This document shows, one piece after another, positions 1 to 7,524 of a DNA stretch of 10,922 nt; within the stretch, counting starts at the first letter, position 1, and the number at the start of each line of letters is the position of its first letter. The stretch spans positions 1-10,922 of the forward strand of contig CBDURU010000117.1 of the NCBI GenBank assembly GCA_965369865.1. Direction: 5' to 3'. The notes beneath the pieces are model-generated. The model was not told the DNA's origin. It searched no databases and saw only the letters and a program-made list of their open reading frames with translations. The stretch comes from an uncultured bacterium (lineage in GTDB: Bacteria; JAJVIF01; JAPKYR01). The position numbers and the translations under genes are program-made.

Positions 1-270
1 CGAGGCGAGTAATTCCATCTGGCCAGGAGTGATCTGATCATCGAAATCACTCAGATTTACCACGTTCGACAGATCGGGTTCGATTGTGTATTCAGGAACC
101 GATGGTGTAATTGATAAATACTCATTCTCAAGCTCAGCATACATGTCTCCACCCTCAAATTGAGCCATGGAAACCCCAGACCCGATCCCGGGGAAGGTTA
201 ATAATACGAGGGCGATTAAAAAATACCTGGCACCATTAAATACTGTTTTCAGATTGATTCTTCCGGACAT
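1..270 (-). CDS. 5' part of a secreted DUF3160-like protein, running off the left edge (absent from the ORF track)
   Basis: Manual translation from ATG at 270: MSGRINLKTVFNGARYFLIALVLLTFPGIGSGVSMAQFEGGDMYAELENEYLSITPSVPEYTIEPDLSNVVNLSDFDDQITPGQMELLAS, open to position 1. AGGAGG SD (plus cctcct 277-282) lies 6 nt upstream and the N-terminus is signal-like. ITPSVPEYTIEPDLSNVVN resembles the N-terminal motif I recall for DUF3160 proteins. Overlaps the upstream gene by 35 nt. Confidence 0.75.
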   Translation of the reverse strand, partial: MSGRINLKTVFNGARYFLIALVLLTFPGIGSGVSMAQFEGGDMYAELENEYLSITPSVPEYTIEPDLSNVVNLSDFDDQITPGQMELLAS

Positions 271-991
271 CTCTTTCCTCCTGATCGAGAGGTTTAAATT
301 CCACATGATCCTCAAGAAATTCTATTTTTATTTGACCTGACAATGTCACTACAGCCAGACCATTCTCATCCTCACTGAATCCAATAATTCCAGTCATTCC
401 TTCTGAACATCCCAGCCATTCGAAACCAAAAATATCCCACCTGTAAACCGCGATCCGGTGCATATCGCCATCCGAAATTTCAAGCGCGATAAGTTCGTCC
501 CAGTCATCCGAGTTGATATCATACAGCACAAAATCATCGAATCGCCTGCTGAGCCTTGACCCCAGCCACTTTGGTTTCAAAACCTCGCCATCCCAATTGT
601 ATACAAAAGGTCGATTCGCCATGACCGGATCGAACGGACTTTCCTTCCAGACACCGACCACGATTTCCTTCAGCCCGTCGTTATCGACATCCCCGATTTC
701 CAGTTTCCATGGATTTAACCCGTCCTGATCCCACACATGCTCGAGTTCCCCGTCGCATTCCGTAAGAACGTATATCGAACCTCCGACCGGATGCCCATCC
801 TGTACGTTTTCAGAAGTGAGCACCACAGTCTCAATGCTCCCATCACCATCCAGGTCCACACTTTGGCAGGCAATTATGCAGACTGAATCCGGACACCCGA
901 GAGCCGACCTGATTACTCCTGCCTGTAAGTCCATTTGCGATGGAGGGCAAATGCAGAAGTAAGTGGCAGCGATGACACACAAAAGTCGCAT
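236..991 (-). CDS. FG-GAP/VCBS repeat-containing exported protein
   Basis: 251 aa ORF with three Ca-binding-type DxDxDG motifs (DLDGDGSIE, GDVDNDGLKEIVVG, YDINSDDWDELIA) and the segment NRPFVYNWDGEVLKPKWLGSRL. Hydrophobic N-terminus. No clear SD, so the start is uncertain. Confidence 0.8.
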   Translation of the reverse strand: MRLLCVIAATYFCICPPSQMDLQAGVIRSALGCPDSVCIIACQSVDLDGDGSIETVVLTSENVQDGHPVGGSIYVLTECDGELEHVWDQDGLNPWKLEIGDVDNDGLKEIVVGVWKESPFDPVMANRPFVYNWDGEVLKPKWLGSRLSRRFDDFVLYDINSDDWDELIALEISDGDMHRIAVYRWDIFGFEWLGCSEGMTGIIGFSEDENGLAVVTLSGQIKIEFLEDHVEFKPLDQEERDVRKNQSENSI

Positions 992-1220
992 AGGTCAGGT
1001 AATTCGTAGATTGTGCAATTTAAGGGCCATTTCAATTTCTTTGCCCCTCCAGTCCGCAGTAAACAATACCGGAAGTTAAGGATACTGTAAATATCAAAGG
1101 TTGATGCGACGGGTAAAAAGCAAACAAGTATTAAAAAGGAACAGCTACATAATAGTGTGATTAGCAATAATTCTGCTACAATTGGAACAGCCATTGCAGG
1201 ATTCCCAGCAGGGACACAGT

Positions 1221-2429
1221 ATGACTAAAAAGATATGCTCCAGCCTGATAATTCTCATTTCATTGCTGATCTTCCCAGCAATGACCGGTTTGAACCCGGT
1301 TAGGGCTAATGAGCAATACTCCTCTGAAGTGCTATACACCATCCCCTGGGGAGAAGGTCCCGGTTGTCTGTCAACGGCATTCAATAGCGATGAATATGGC
1401 TGGGTCTTTTCACCATGCCCATGGGCAGTTTCTAACTCAGGCATTACGGTTATCGCAGAAGGATTTACCGCGGGATCTCGCTTGGTTTCATTTGACTCGA
1501 ATGGCACGCCTCTTGGCTCACTCACCCTTTATGAATCCGGGGTTCCATTTCCGTCGTCACTTTCCATTTCTGATAATGGAATTGTCTGTCTTGGGTATGG
1601 CGAGCAATTATTTCTTTTGGATTCCTCCTTATCAATTATAAATGCAAGTATTGTTTCATTACCTGATGCCCATATTTCGCCCATTTGCCTCTCCGACCAT
1701 AACTCGTTTTGGGTGCTCATCAGTTGCTCAATAATCATCGACGATGAAAGTTATCATCAGAGATACCTGGTTGAATGTTATGATGATGGGTCATTAGCTG
1801 AACCTATATTAATATATGACGGTTCAACCGGAGAAGGCACTCCAGGAATAGTATTTGTCACACCAACTGGTGAGTTCCGCACTGCGCGTGAAGATATGTT
1901 TGGTTACACATATAGGTTGATAGCTGACGATCCTGACAATGGTTTAACAAAATATTCTCCATCTGAGCAGGAAGTTTACAACCATTATCTCGAGTCCGAC
2001 CCGGGCTGGACATGGTTTGACATAACTGTAAACGGTACCCACTACTTCGTCTCCTGGTCCGGGGATTTCTACACCCTCCACGCAACCGATGACGGCGCTG
2101 TGCTCACGTATTATGAATTAAACCTCCCCCCTGTCTGCTTAATACTTGTCATCACTCTCATGCCATACCAGGGCCCCTCCCCCGCGGCTATCGAATTCGA
2201 TGCGACCCATTCAGCCGATCCCAACGAGGGCGATACTCTCACCTACGAATGGGACTTCGACGGCGACCGTATTTTCGGTGAACCCGGCGATGACGACTAT
2301 ACCGGCGATCCCGACAATCCCACGCACGAATACACGTCCGACTACAACGGCCCGGTCTTTCTCCGTGTCACCGACAACCACGGCGCCTTCTCAATCTGCT
2401 CAGTCCAGATAACCGTCGATATAGTGTGA
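1221..2429 (+). CDS. Secreted protein with a beta-rich N-terminal region and a C-terminal PKD domain
   Basis: Start placed at ATG 1221 (MTKKICSSLIILISLLIFPAMTGLNPVRA|NE, a Sec signal with a VRA cleavage site; GGGA upstream) rather than TTG 1182. The C-terminus has PKD hallmarks: FDATHSADPN, LTYEWDFDGD, NPTHEY, LRVTDNHGA. Confidence 0.8.
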   Translation: MTKKICSSLIILISLLIFPAMTGLNPVRANEQYSSEVLYTIPWGEGPGCLSTAFNSDEYGWVFSPCPWAVSNSGITVIAEGFTAGSRLVSFDSNGTPLGSLTLYESGVPFPSSLSISDNGIVCLGYGEQLFLLDSSLSIINASIVSLPDAHISPICLSDHNSFWVLISCSIIIDDESYHQRYLVECYDDGSLAEPILIYDGSTGEGTPGIVFVTPTGEFRTAREDMFGYTYRLIADDPDNGLTKYSPSEQEVYNHYLESDPGWTWFDITVNGTHYFVSWSGDFYTLHATDDGAVLTYYELNLPPVCLILVITLMPYQGPSPAAIEFDATHSADPNEGDTLTYEWDFDGDRIFGEPGDDDYTGDPDNPTHEYTSDYNGPVFLRVTDNHGAFSICSVQITVDIV

Positions 2430-2474
2430 ATCAACAATCCTACGCCCAATCATGCAATGCAATTAGTGCCGTTC

Positions 2475-2660
2475 TCAGTTACCCCGCAATCTTAACGCCG
2501 ACTGCGGGACTTCGTGAGCCTCTTGAACGTCCTGAGTTACGACTACCCCGGTACTGTAAGCTGTATCCGCCTGCGCGGGACCGGTTTTGAAGCCAATAAA
2601 AATTCCCAGAGCCAGAGCAATGATTAAGAATATTCCTGTGATAATTTTCTTTATATCCAT
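2475..2660 (-). CDS. Small (61 aa) putative secreted or membrane-anchored peptide
   Basis: MDIKK plus a hydrophobic stretch and an AQA|D signal-peptidase-like site. AAGGA SD-like sequence lies upstream on the minus strand (GATGAAAGGAACAACAAG-ATG). Starts 38 nt downstream of the co-oriented large lipoprotein gene and fills the gap. Confidence 0.6.
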   Translation of the reverse strand: MDIKKIITGIFLIIALALGIFIGFKTGPAQADTAYSTGVVVTQDVQEAHEVPQSALRLRGN

Positions 2661-2698
2661 CTTGTTGTTCCTTTCATCGTTTATTACTTATTTTATTA

Positions 2699-5600
2699 TT
2701 ACGGCGTGTAATCAAACACAGTCAGCTCGATTGTCCCTCCGTTGTCGGCCAGGACGTGGATTTCAAAGTCGGTTCCATCGACATCCAGACCCATGGGAGT
2801 TCCGGCAATCGGGTCGGTGATATCGATCAATGCAAACTCGGCGGGGGGACCTGCGAGATAATCGCATTCCCAAACGCCGACTGACCAGGTTCCATCTCCG
2901 TTATCCAAAAGAGCACAGAGCCAGTTGAAATCACCATTGATACTTACCGAATACCCGAAGTCCTTCGCGTTTGCGAATTCGAGATCGACAGGTATTGCGG
3001 TTCCAAACTCCTCACTGTCGAGCTGGTTGTCGACAAAGGACACATCACCGGTACTGAATACGAGGATATTGCATTGTGAAACACCATCCGAGCCCAGAAC
3101 CCACAGGGCGACAGCGGGTTCGTCATCGATTTCTATGTCAGTATTGTCATCGACAGCCAGGGCCATCAAGCCAGGATCTGTATCATCAATCAGCCCCTGA
3201 CCTCCACCCTGGGTTGATAAGTCCAGGAGCCAGGCCTGGTTCGAATCGGCGTCATAGGGCGTGGTCCAGGCTCCGAGCAGGATGTTGCCGTCATGGGGCT
3301 GGGGATTGTCCGGATGATTGGCGATCGTCACAAGGTGATAAGCAGTTATGTCATCGATTCCACCAGGCACACCGCATGAGAAATCTACCGCCCTCCGCCA
3401 TGGAAGCTCATCAGGATCGGGATCGCCACCATCACCATACAAATGCCAGAATGTATCGGAAAAATCCCCGTTCGAATTATCACAGGCGGTGTAGGCACAG
3501 TACATCAAATCATTTACCTCGGCGCTCGGGAATGTTTCGGAGTTCGAGTTCGTGATAAACACCCACGCTCCGTCCATGCTGACATCGAACTTGTGAAGCG
3601 GCGATGCGAAAGTAGCGTAATCCCAGGTCGGACCTGTCGTTCCGGTGTAAGTGTCGTCGAAACGGGAGAATGTGTTGTCCGACGGCTCGTTCGTAATCTC
3701 GCCACGACTTTCATTATCTCCTTCACTGAATAACATAATGTCCACTGGCTCAGTACCTTGATCCGGTACTGGATCGAGGGCAACCTGGGTCAGTCCGACA
3801 ATGGGGTTCCATCCGGTGACCGGTTCTGTGGTTATGGTGAAATCCGCATCGCTCTCGTCATTAACATCGGTATTAGAAACCCACTCGATTTTCACCCTTG
3901 CCTGTATTGTGTCGATAGCCGGAACAGGATCCCATGTGAATGAGCCATCGCAACCGGTTGATTCAACGATCGTATCGGGATAGGTGGCTCCTGAATCAGT
4001 TGACAGAAGCAGTCTGACAAAATCAACACCACCGGCATAGTCCCAGGTGATATCCCAGATTCCACCACCTGCGAGTTCCTCACCGCCGTTCGGGCTGGTC
4101 AGTGTAAGGGATGGCGGAACAACATCTTCAGTAATTGTAAACTGTTCATCAGACTGGTCTGCGACAGATGGAAAATCGATGCTTGTAATAATGACCCTTG
4201 CGGTAGTTGTGGCAGGTCCGATAACCGGGTCCCATGTGAATGATCCGATATCGTCAACAGCAGCGGCGATTGTCACAGGTAGTGTACCGTCGTCCAGCGT
4301 GTATTCAATTTTTACCTGACCGGTCAGGCTTTCAGATGTCCACTCAACAGACTGTGATGACCCGATCTTCCAGTCTTCACCGCCATTCGGAACTGTGACA
4401 GTGATTGACCGCATCGGTAAAATTGAAAAGTAAGCATCCGATACATCGTTTGTTGCCAGACTATCGTAATCGGAAACCTTGATCCTTACTTCATCGCTGT
4501 CGATATCGAAAATCGGATCCCATGTAAAACTGCCGTCATTTTCGGTCATCGGTGCGATCGGAAATACCAGGCTGTCTGAGATCGTATACTCTATGACAAC
4601 ATTGGGACCGACATTCTCTAATGAATCCCATTCAATAATCTCGGAATCACCTGCATACCACACCTCACCGCCATTGGGGATTATTACAACAATTTCGGGC
4701 GGGACCTCAGTATGAATCGAGAAATATTCATCCGATTCATCTGTTATCGATGGGTTATCATAATCCGAAATGATAATCCTGACTTCACTACTATCAAGAT
4801 CGGGAATCGGGTCCCAGATATAGCTTCCGTCGTTTTCAATCAGGTCAAAAATCACAACGGGAATACCGTCCGCGATTGAATACCCGATTGTTACGTTGTC
4901 GCTCACATCGCCGATCGACACCCATGTTATCTCCTCAGCTCCGCCTGTAGCCCAAAATTCACCACCATTTGGAACAGTGACAATAATCTCCGGATCGGGA
5001 GGTGTGGCCTGGATCGTGAAGTAATCATCCGACCAATCAAATATCAACGGGTCATCATAATCGGCAACAATCACTTTCACCTGGTCGCTTTCGACATCGG
5101 GAATCGGGTCCCATGTGAAAAACCCGATATTATCTGTCATGGCGATAATCTCATTGACCGGACCGTCATCAATTGTGTATCCGATACTCACATTCGGACT
5201 TACATCTCCAACTAAGCTCCAGATGATATCTTCCAGGGTACCGCTTTGATAAACCTCGAATCCGTTTGGGACAAGTACGGTAATTTCGGGATCGGGCATC
5301 GTGAAAATTTCAAAGTAAGCGTCGGATTCATCGAAAACTACAGGATTATCGAGGTCCGTTATCCTGATTCTCACCTCATTATTGATAATTTCAGGAATCG
5401 GGTCCCAGATGTATGTGCCGTCATTTTCTGTGGATCCAATAATGGAAATTGGAAGCCCGTCGGAAGTCGTGTAAGCAATTTGTACGTTCGGCCCAACCGC
5501 ACCAGAACTTGTCCATGTGATTTCTTCTGCATCGCCACCGTTCCAGATTTCACCGCCGTTTGGAACAGTGACCGTAATTTCCGGCGGCGGGACAATGGTG

Positions 5601-7162
5601 ATAGTGAAAAAATTGTCCGATGTATCGGCTATGGCCGGGAATTGAACGCTGTTGATATATATCTGCGCCTCAGTATGTTCAACCATGGGGATCGGGTCCC
5701 ATGTGAATGTGCCGTCATTTTCAGTAGAGGGTGTGATCTCCACTTCCGGTCCGTCGCCCAGCGAATAGGCAATTCTCAATTCGGTACCGACAATTCCGAC
5801 ACTCGTCCATAGGATATCCTCCGACGAACCGGCTTCCCAGATTTCGCCGCCGTTCGGAACATCGACCGTGATGTAATCCAGTGTCGGTCCGATATTGGAA
5901 ATCGGGATTTCAACAAGTGCAAAGGCGGCAAGATCGGCCTGCAACGGGTAATCGAATCCGGCACCGGGCGGGGCATACGAATTTGGATTACTCGATGTCA
6001 CGATAACCAGAATTTCCTGATTCTCGATTCCTGTTGGATGCACACCGGGAATCGTAATCTCGTAAATCCCGCTTGTGTTCTGTGAACCCGTTGATGGCGT
6101 CAGATCGATATATAAAGGCATATCGAAAAGTGTTTCCGATTCAACCAGGATCGAACCGATCTCTCCGTTGATGCCATTGAAATTCGATGGCGCTCCCCAG
6201 TCGAAAACCTCGATCTGGAGGCTGATGTCACCGCCGTTGTTGTCCTCAGTGAACCATGCCGTACTTCCCTCGGTATTGACCTCAATATGGAAAGCTTCCG
6301 GGCAGTTCGCCTGGAGCGGGAAATCATCTATCGGTTTTGGAGGCGGAGAGCTTCCAGTAGGAATATCCCAGTTAGTGTCGACCGCAAGCTGGAAGAGCCA
6401 GTTGACATTTCCGTTGTCAGGATCGACAGGGAACTGGAGCTGGAAGTTTCTATCCAGTTTCGGGGGAGTCATGTCGGTGGAGAATGTCCCGCGGTTGGAT
6501 GTGTTTACATCCGGAACTACCGGGGCGGTCGCGGTTAACGGGTCGGCATAATATTTGTACCCGTTCAGCGTGGCTTCGGGGACATAAAACTTGAACCCGA
6601 TGTCGCTGGGGAGAAATCCGAAAATTCCCGGGGTCTTGAATTCAGGAGCATTCCACCACCTGGTATAACCGTCGGCGTTCTGGACCCTGAATCCGCTGGG
6701 AGCCGGGTATATAAGGCTGCTGTCCCAGCCGCTCGCGATCGTGTCGCCCGCTCCCATGATAATCAGCCTTGTATCGAATATGCGGTAATCCGTGTTCGGG
6801 AAAGGGTGAGTGATTCCAAGGTCAACATCGATCGTCCCCGCTACCGGATCGAAATCGTTTATCACGATTGAAATCCCGGTCGGCATCGGGGCCTGGAGAA
6901 CCTTGGTTATGTTCAGGTGGAATTCCGCCTCGCGAAGTCCGACGAGTTCAATTGTGCCGGTTTGCGGGATGAACATTCCCATCCATAGTCCCCATAGCTC
7001 ATGGCTTTCTGCGGGACTGGCAACCTGTTCGGCCGCTCCGGTAATTGATGGTGGATCACCGGTTTCCGATGGCGTAACCGGCGATCCCGATTTTCCGGAA
7101 CATCCGAAAATTAAAAATATAAAAATAATTATTCCTGTGAGAGTTAAAAGCCTTTGTGTCAT
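2699..7162 (-). CDS. Large acidic surface lipoprotein: unknown N-terminal domain, 7 Ig-like PNGGE repeats and an unknown C-terminal domain
   Basis: Start preferred at ATG 7162 (MTQRLLTLTGIIIFIFLIFGC; AAGGA SD upstream) over 7195. Lipobox IFG|C followed by an S/P/T linker. Seven ~98-aa repeats begin I-T-V-x-x-PNGGE-x-W. Confidence 0.88.
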   Translation of the reverse strand: MTQRLLTLTGIIIFIFLIFGCSGKSGSPVTPSETGDPPSITGAAEQVASPAESHELWGLWMGMFIPQTGTIELVGLREAEFHLNITKVLQAPMPTGISIVINDFDPVAGTIDVDLGITHPFPNTDYRIFDTRLIIMGAGDTIASGWDSSLIYPAPSGFRVQNADGYTRWWNAPEFKTPGIFGFLPSDIGFKFYVPEATLNGYKYYADPLTATAPVVPDVNTSNRGTFSTDMTPPKLDRNFQLQFPVDPDNGNVNWLFQLAVDTNWDIPTGSSPPPKPIDDFPLQANCPEAFHIEVNTEGSTAWFTEDNNGGDISLQIEVFDWGAPSNFNGINGEIGSILVESETLFDMPLYIDLTPSTGSQNTSGIYEITIPGVHPTGIENQEILVIVTSSNPNSYAPPGAGFDYPLQADLAAFALVEIPISNIGPTLDYITVDVPNGGEIWEAGSSEDILWTSVGIVGTELRIAYSLGDGPEVEITPSTENDGTFTWDPIPMVEHTEAQIYINSVQFPAIADTSDNFFTITIVPPPEITVTVPNGGEIWNGGDAEEITWTSSGAVGPNVQIAYTTSDGLPISIIGSTENDGTYIWDPIPEIINNEVRIRITDLDNPVVFDESDAYFEIFTMPDPEITVLVPNGFEVYQSGTLEDIIWSLVGDVSPNVSIGYTIDDGPVNEIIAMTDNIGFFTWDPIPDVESDQVKVIVADYDDPLIFDWSDDYFTIQATPPDPEIIVTVPNGGEFWATGGAEEITWVSIGDVSDNVTIGYSIADGIPVVIFDLIENDGSYIWDPIPDLDSSEVRIIISDYDNPSITDESDEYFSIHTEVPPEIVVIIPNGGEVWYAGDSEIIEWDSLENVGPNVVIEYTISDSLVFPIAPMTENDGSFTWDPIFDIDSDEVRIKVSDYDSLATNDVSDAYFSILPMRSITVTVPNGGEDWKIGSSQSVEWTSESLTGQVKIEYTLDDGTLPVTIAAAVDDIGSFTWDPVIGPATTTARVIITSIDFPSVADQSDEQFTITEDVVPPSLTLTSPNGGEELAGGGIWDITWDYAGGVDFVRLLLSTDSGATYPDTIVESTGCDGSFTWDPVPAIDTIQARVKIEWVSNTDVNDESDADFTITTEPVTGWNPIVGLTQVALDPVPDQGTEPVDIMLFSEGDNESRGEITNEPSDNTFSRFDDTYTGTTGPTWDYATFASPLHKFDVSMDGAWVFITNSNSETFPSAEVNDLMYCAYTACDNSNGDFSDTFWHLYGDGGDPDPDELPWRRAVDFSCGVPGGIDDITAYHLVTIANHPDNPQPHDGNILLGAWTTPYDADSNQAWLLDLSTQGGGQGLIDDTDPGLMALAVDDNTDIEIDDEPAVALWVLGSDGVSQCNILVFSTGDVSFVDNQLDSEEFGTAIPVDLEFANAKDFGYSVSINGDFNWLCALLDNGDGTWSVGVWECDYLAGPPAEFALIDITDPIAGTPMGLDVDGTDFEIHVLADNGGTIELTVFDYTP
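3830..5880 (-). repeat. Seven tandem ~98-aa Ig-like repeats (Kre9/KNH-like N-terminal Ig fold, PF10342-type) inside the large lipoprotein
   Basis: Repeat starts VPNGGEIWEAG, VPNGGEIWNGG, VPNGFEVYQSG, VPNGGEFWATG, IPNGGEVWYAG, VPNGGEDWKIG, SPNGGEELAGG. Each contains G-x-(F/Y)-x-WDP and ends D-x-SD-x-x-F-x-I. The DNA is diverged between copies. Pfam assignment is from memory and boundaries are approximate. Confidence 0.8.
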
Positions 7163-7470
7163 TTGTGCACATCCTTTCACGCTTGATGAACGCATACGCC
7201 CATGACGAAACGGAAATAGTATAGGATTCCATTTTGTATTAAGTTATTACCAATCGCTTTCTGAGAAGTACCGTGTAAATTCTAGCAAATGAGAGGGATA
7301 AAGGCAATCTGAGGAATGTATAAGATTAAACCAGTTTTAAAAAGCTGCCTCCGGGGATATGCTTATACCAATCTTAGATTCAGGGACGCCTTTCCATGAA
7401 TTCAAAACGTCTAAAACCTGCATTAGAGAGGAATCCCTATCTTCCCGGTGATCAATTAATCAGCCAGGGT

Positions 7471-7499
7471 TTGACATCCTGATTCTTAACGTATAAAGT
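7471..7499 (+). promoter_or_regulatory. Sigma70-type promoter for the 7525 lipoprotein gene
   Basis: Perfect TTGACA (7471-7476), 17-nt spacer, then TAAAGT (7494-7499). The SD TAAGGAGG is at 7512-7519 and the ATG at 7525. Confidence 0.7.
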
Positions 7500-7524
7500 T
7501 ATTAACAGTATTAAGGAGGCGCCT

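Noticed and set aside
2512..2520. TCGTGAGCC matching part of hairpin arm B
   Set aside because: It is a 9-nt match inside an ORF with no GTCCCC end or partner arm, so probably chance.
2925..7205. Many short antisense or alternative-frame ORFs inside the large lipoprotein (similarly 513..728, 913..1194, 1145..1525 and 8000..9252)
   Set aside because: These are shadow ORFs overlapping well-supported genes, with no recognisable motifs.
7221..7440. Imperfect inverted pair ATAGGATTCC / GGAATCCCTAT around the divergent promoter region, as a possible invertible switch
   Set aside because: The match is only about 10 bp with an indel, there is no recombinase nearby, and the clear promoter lies outside the pair.
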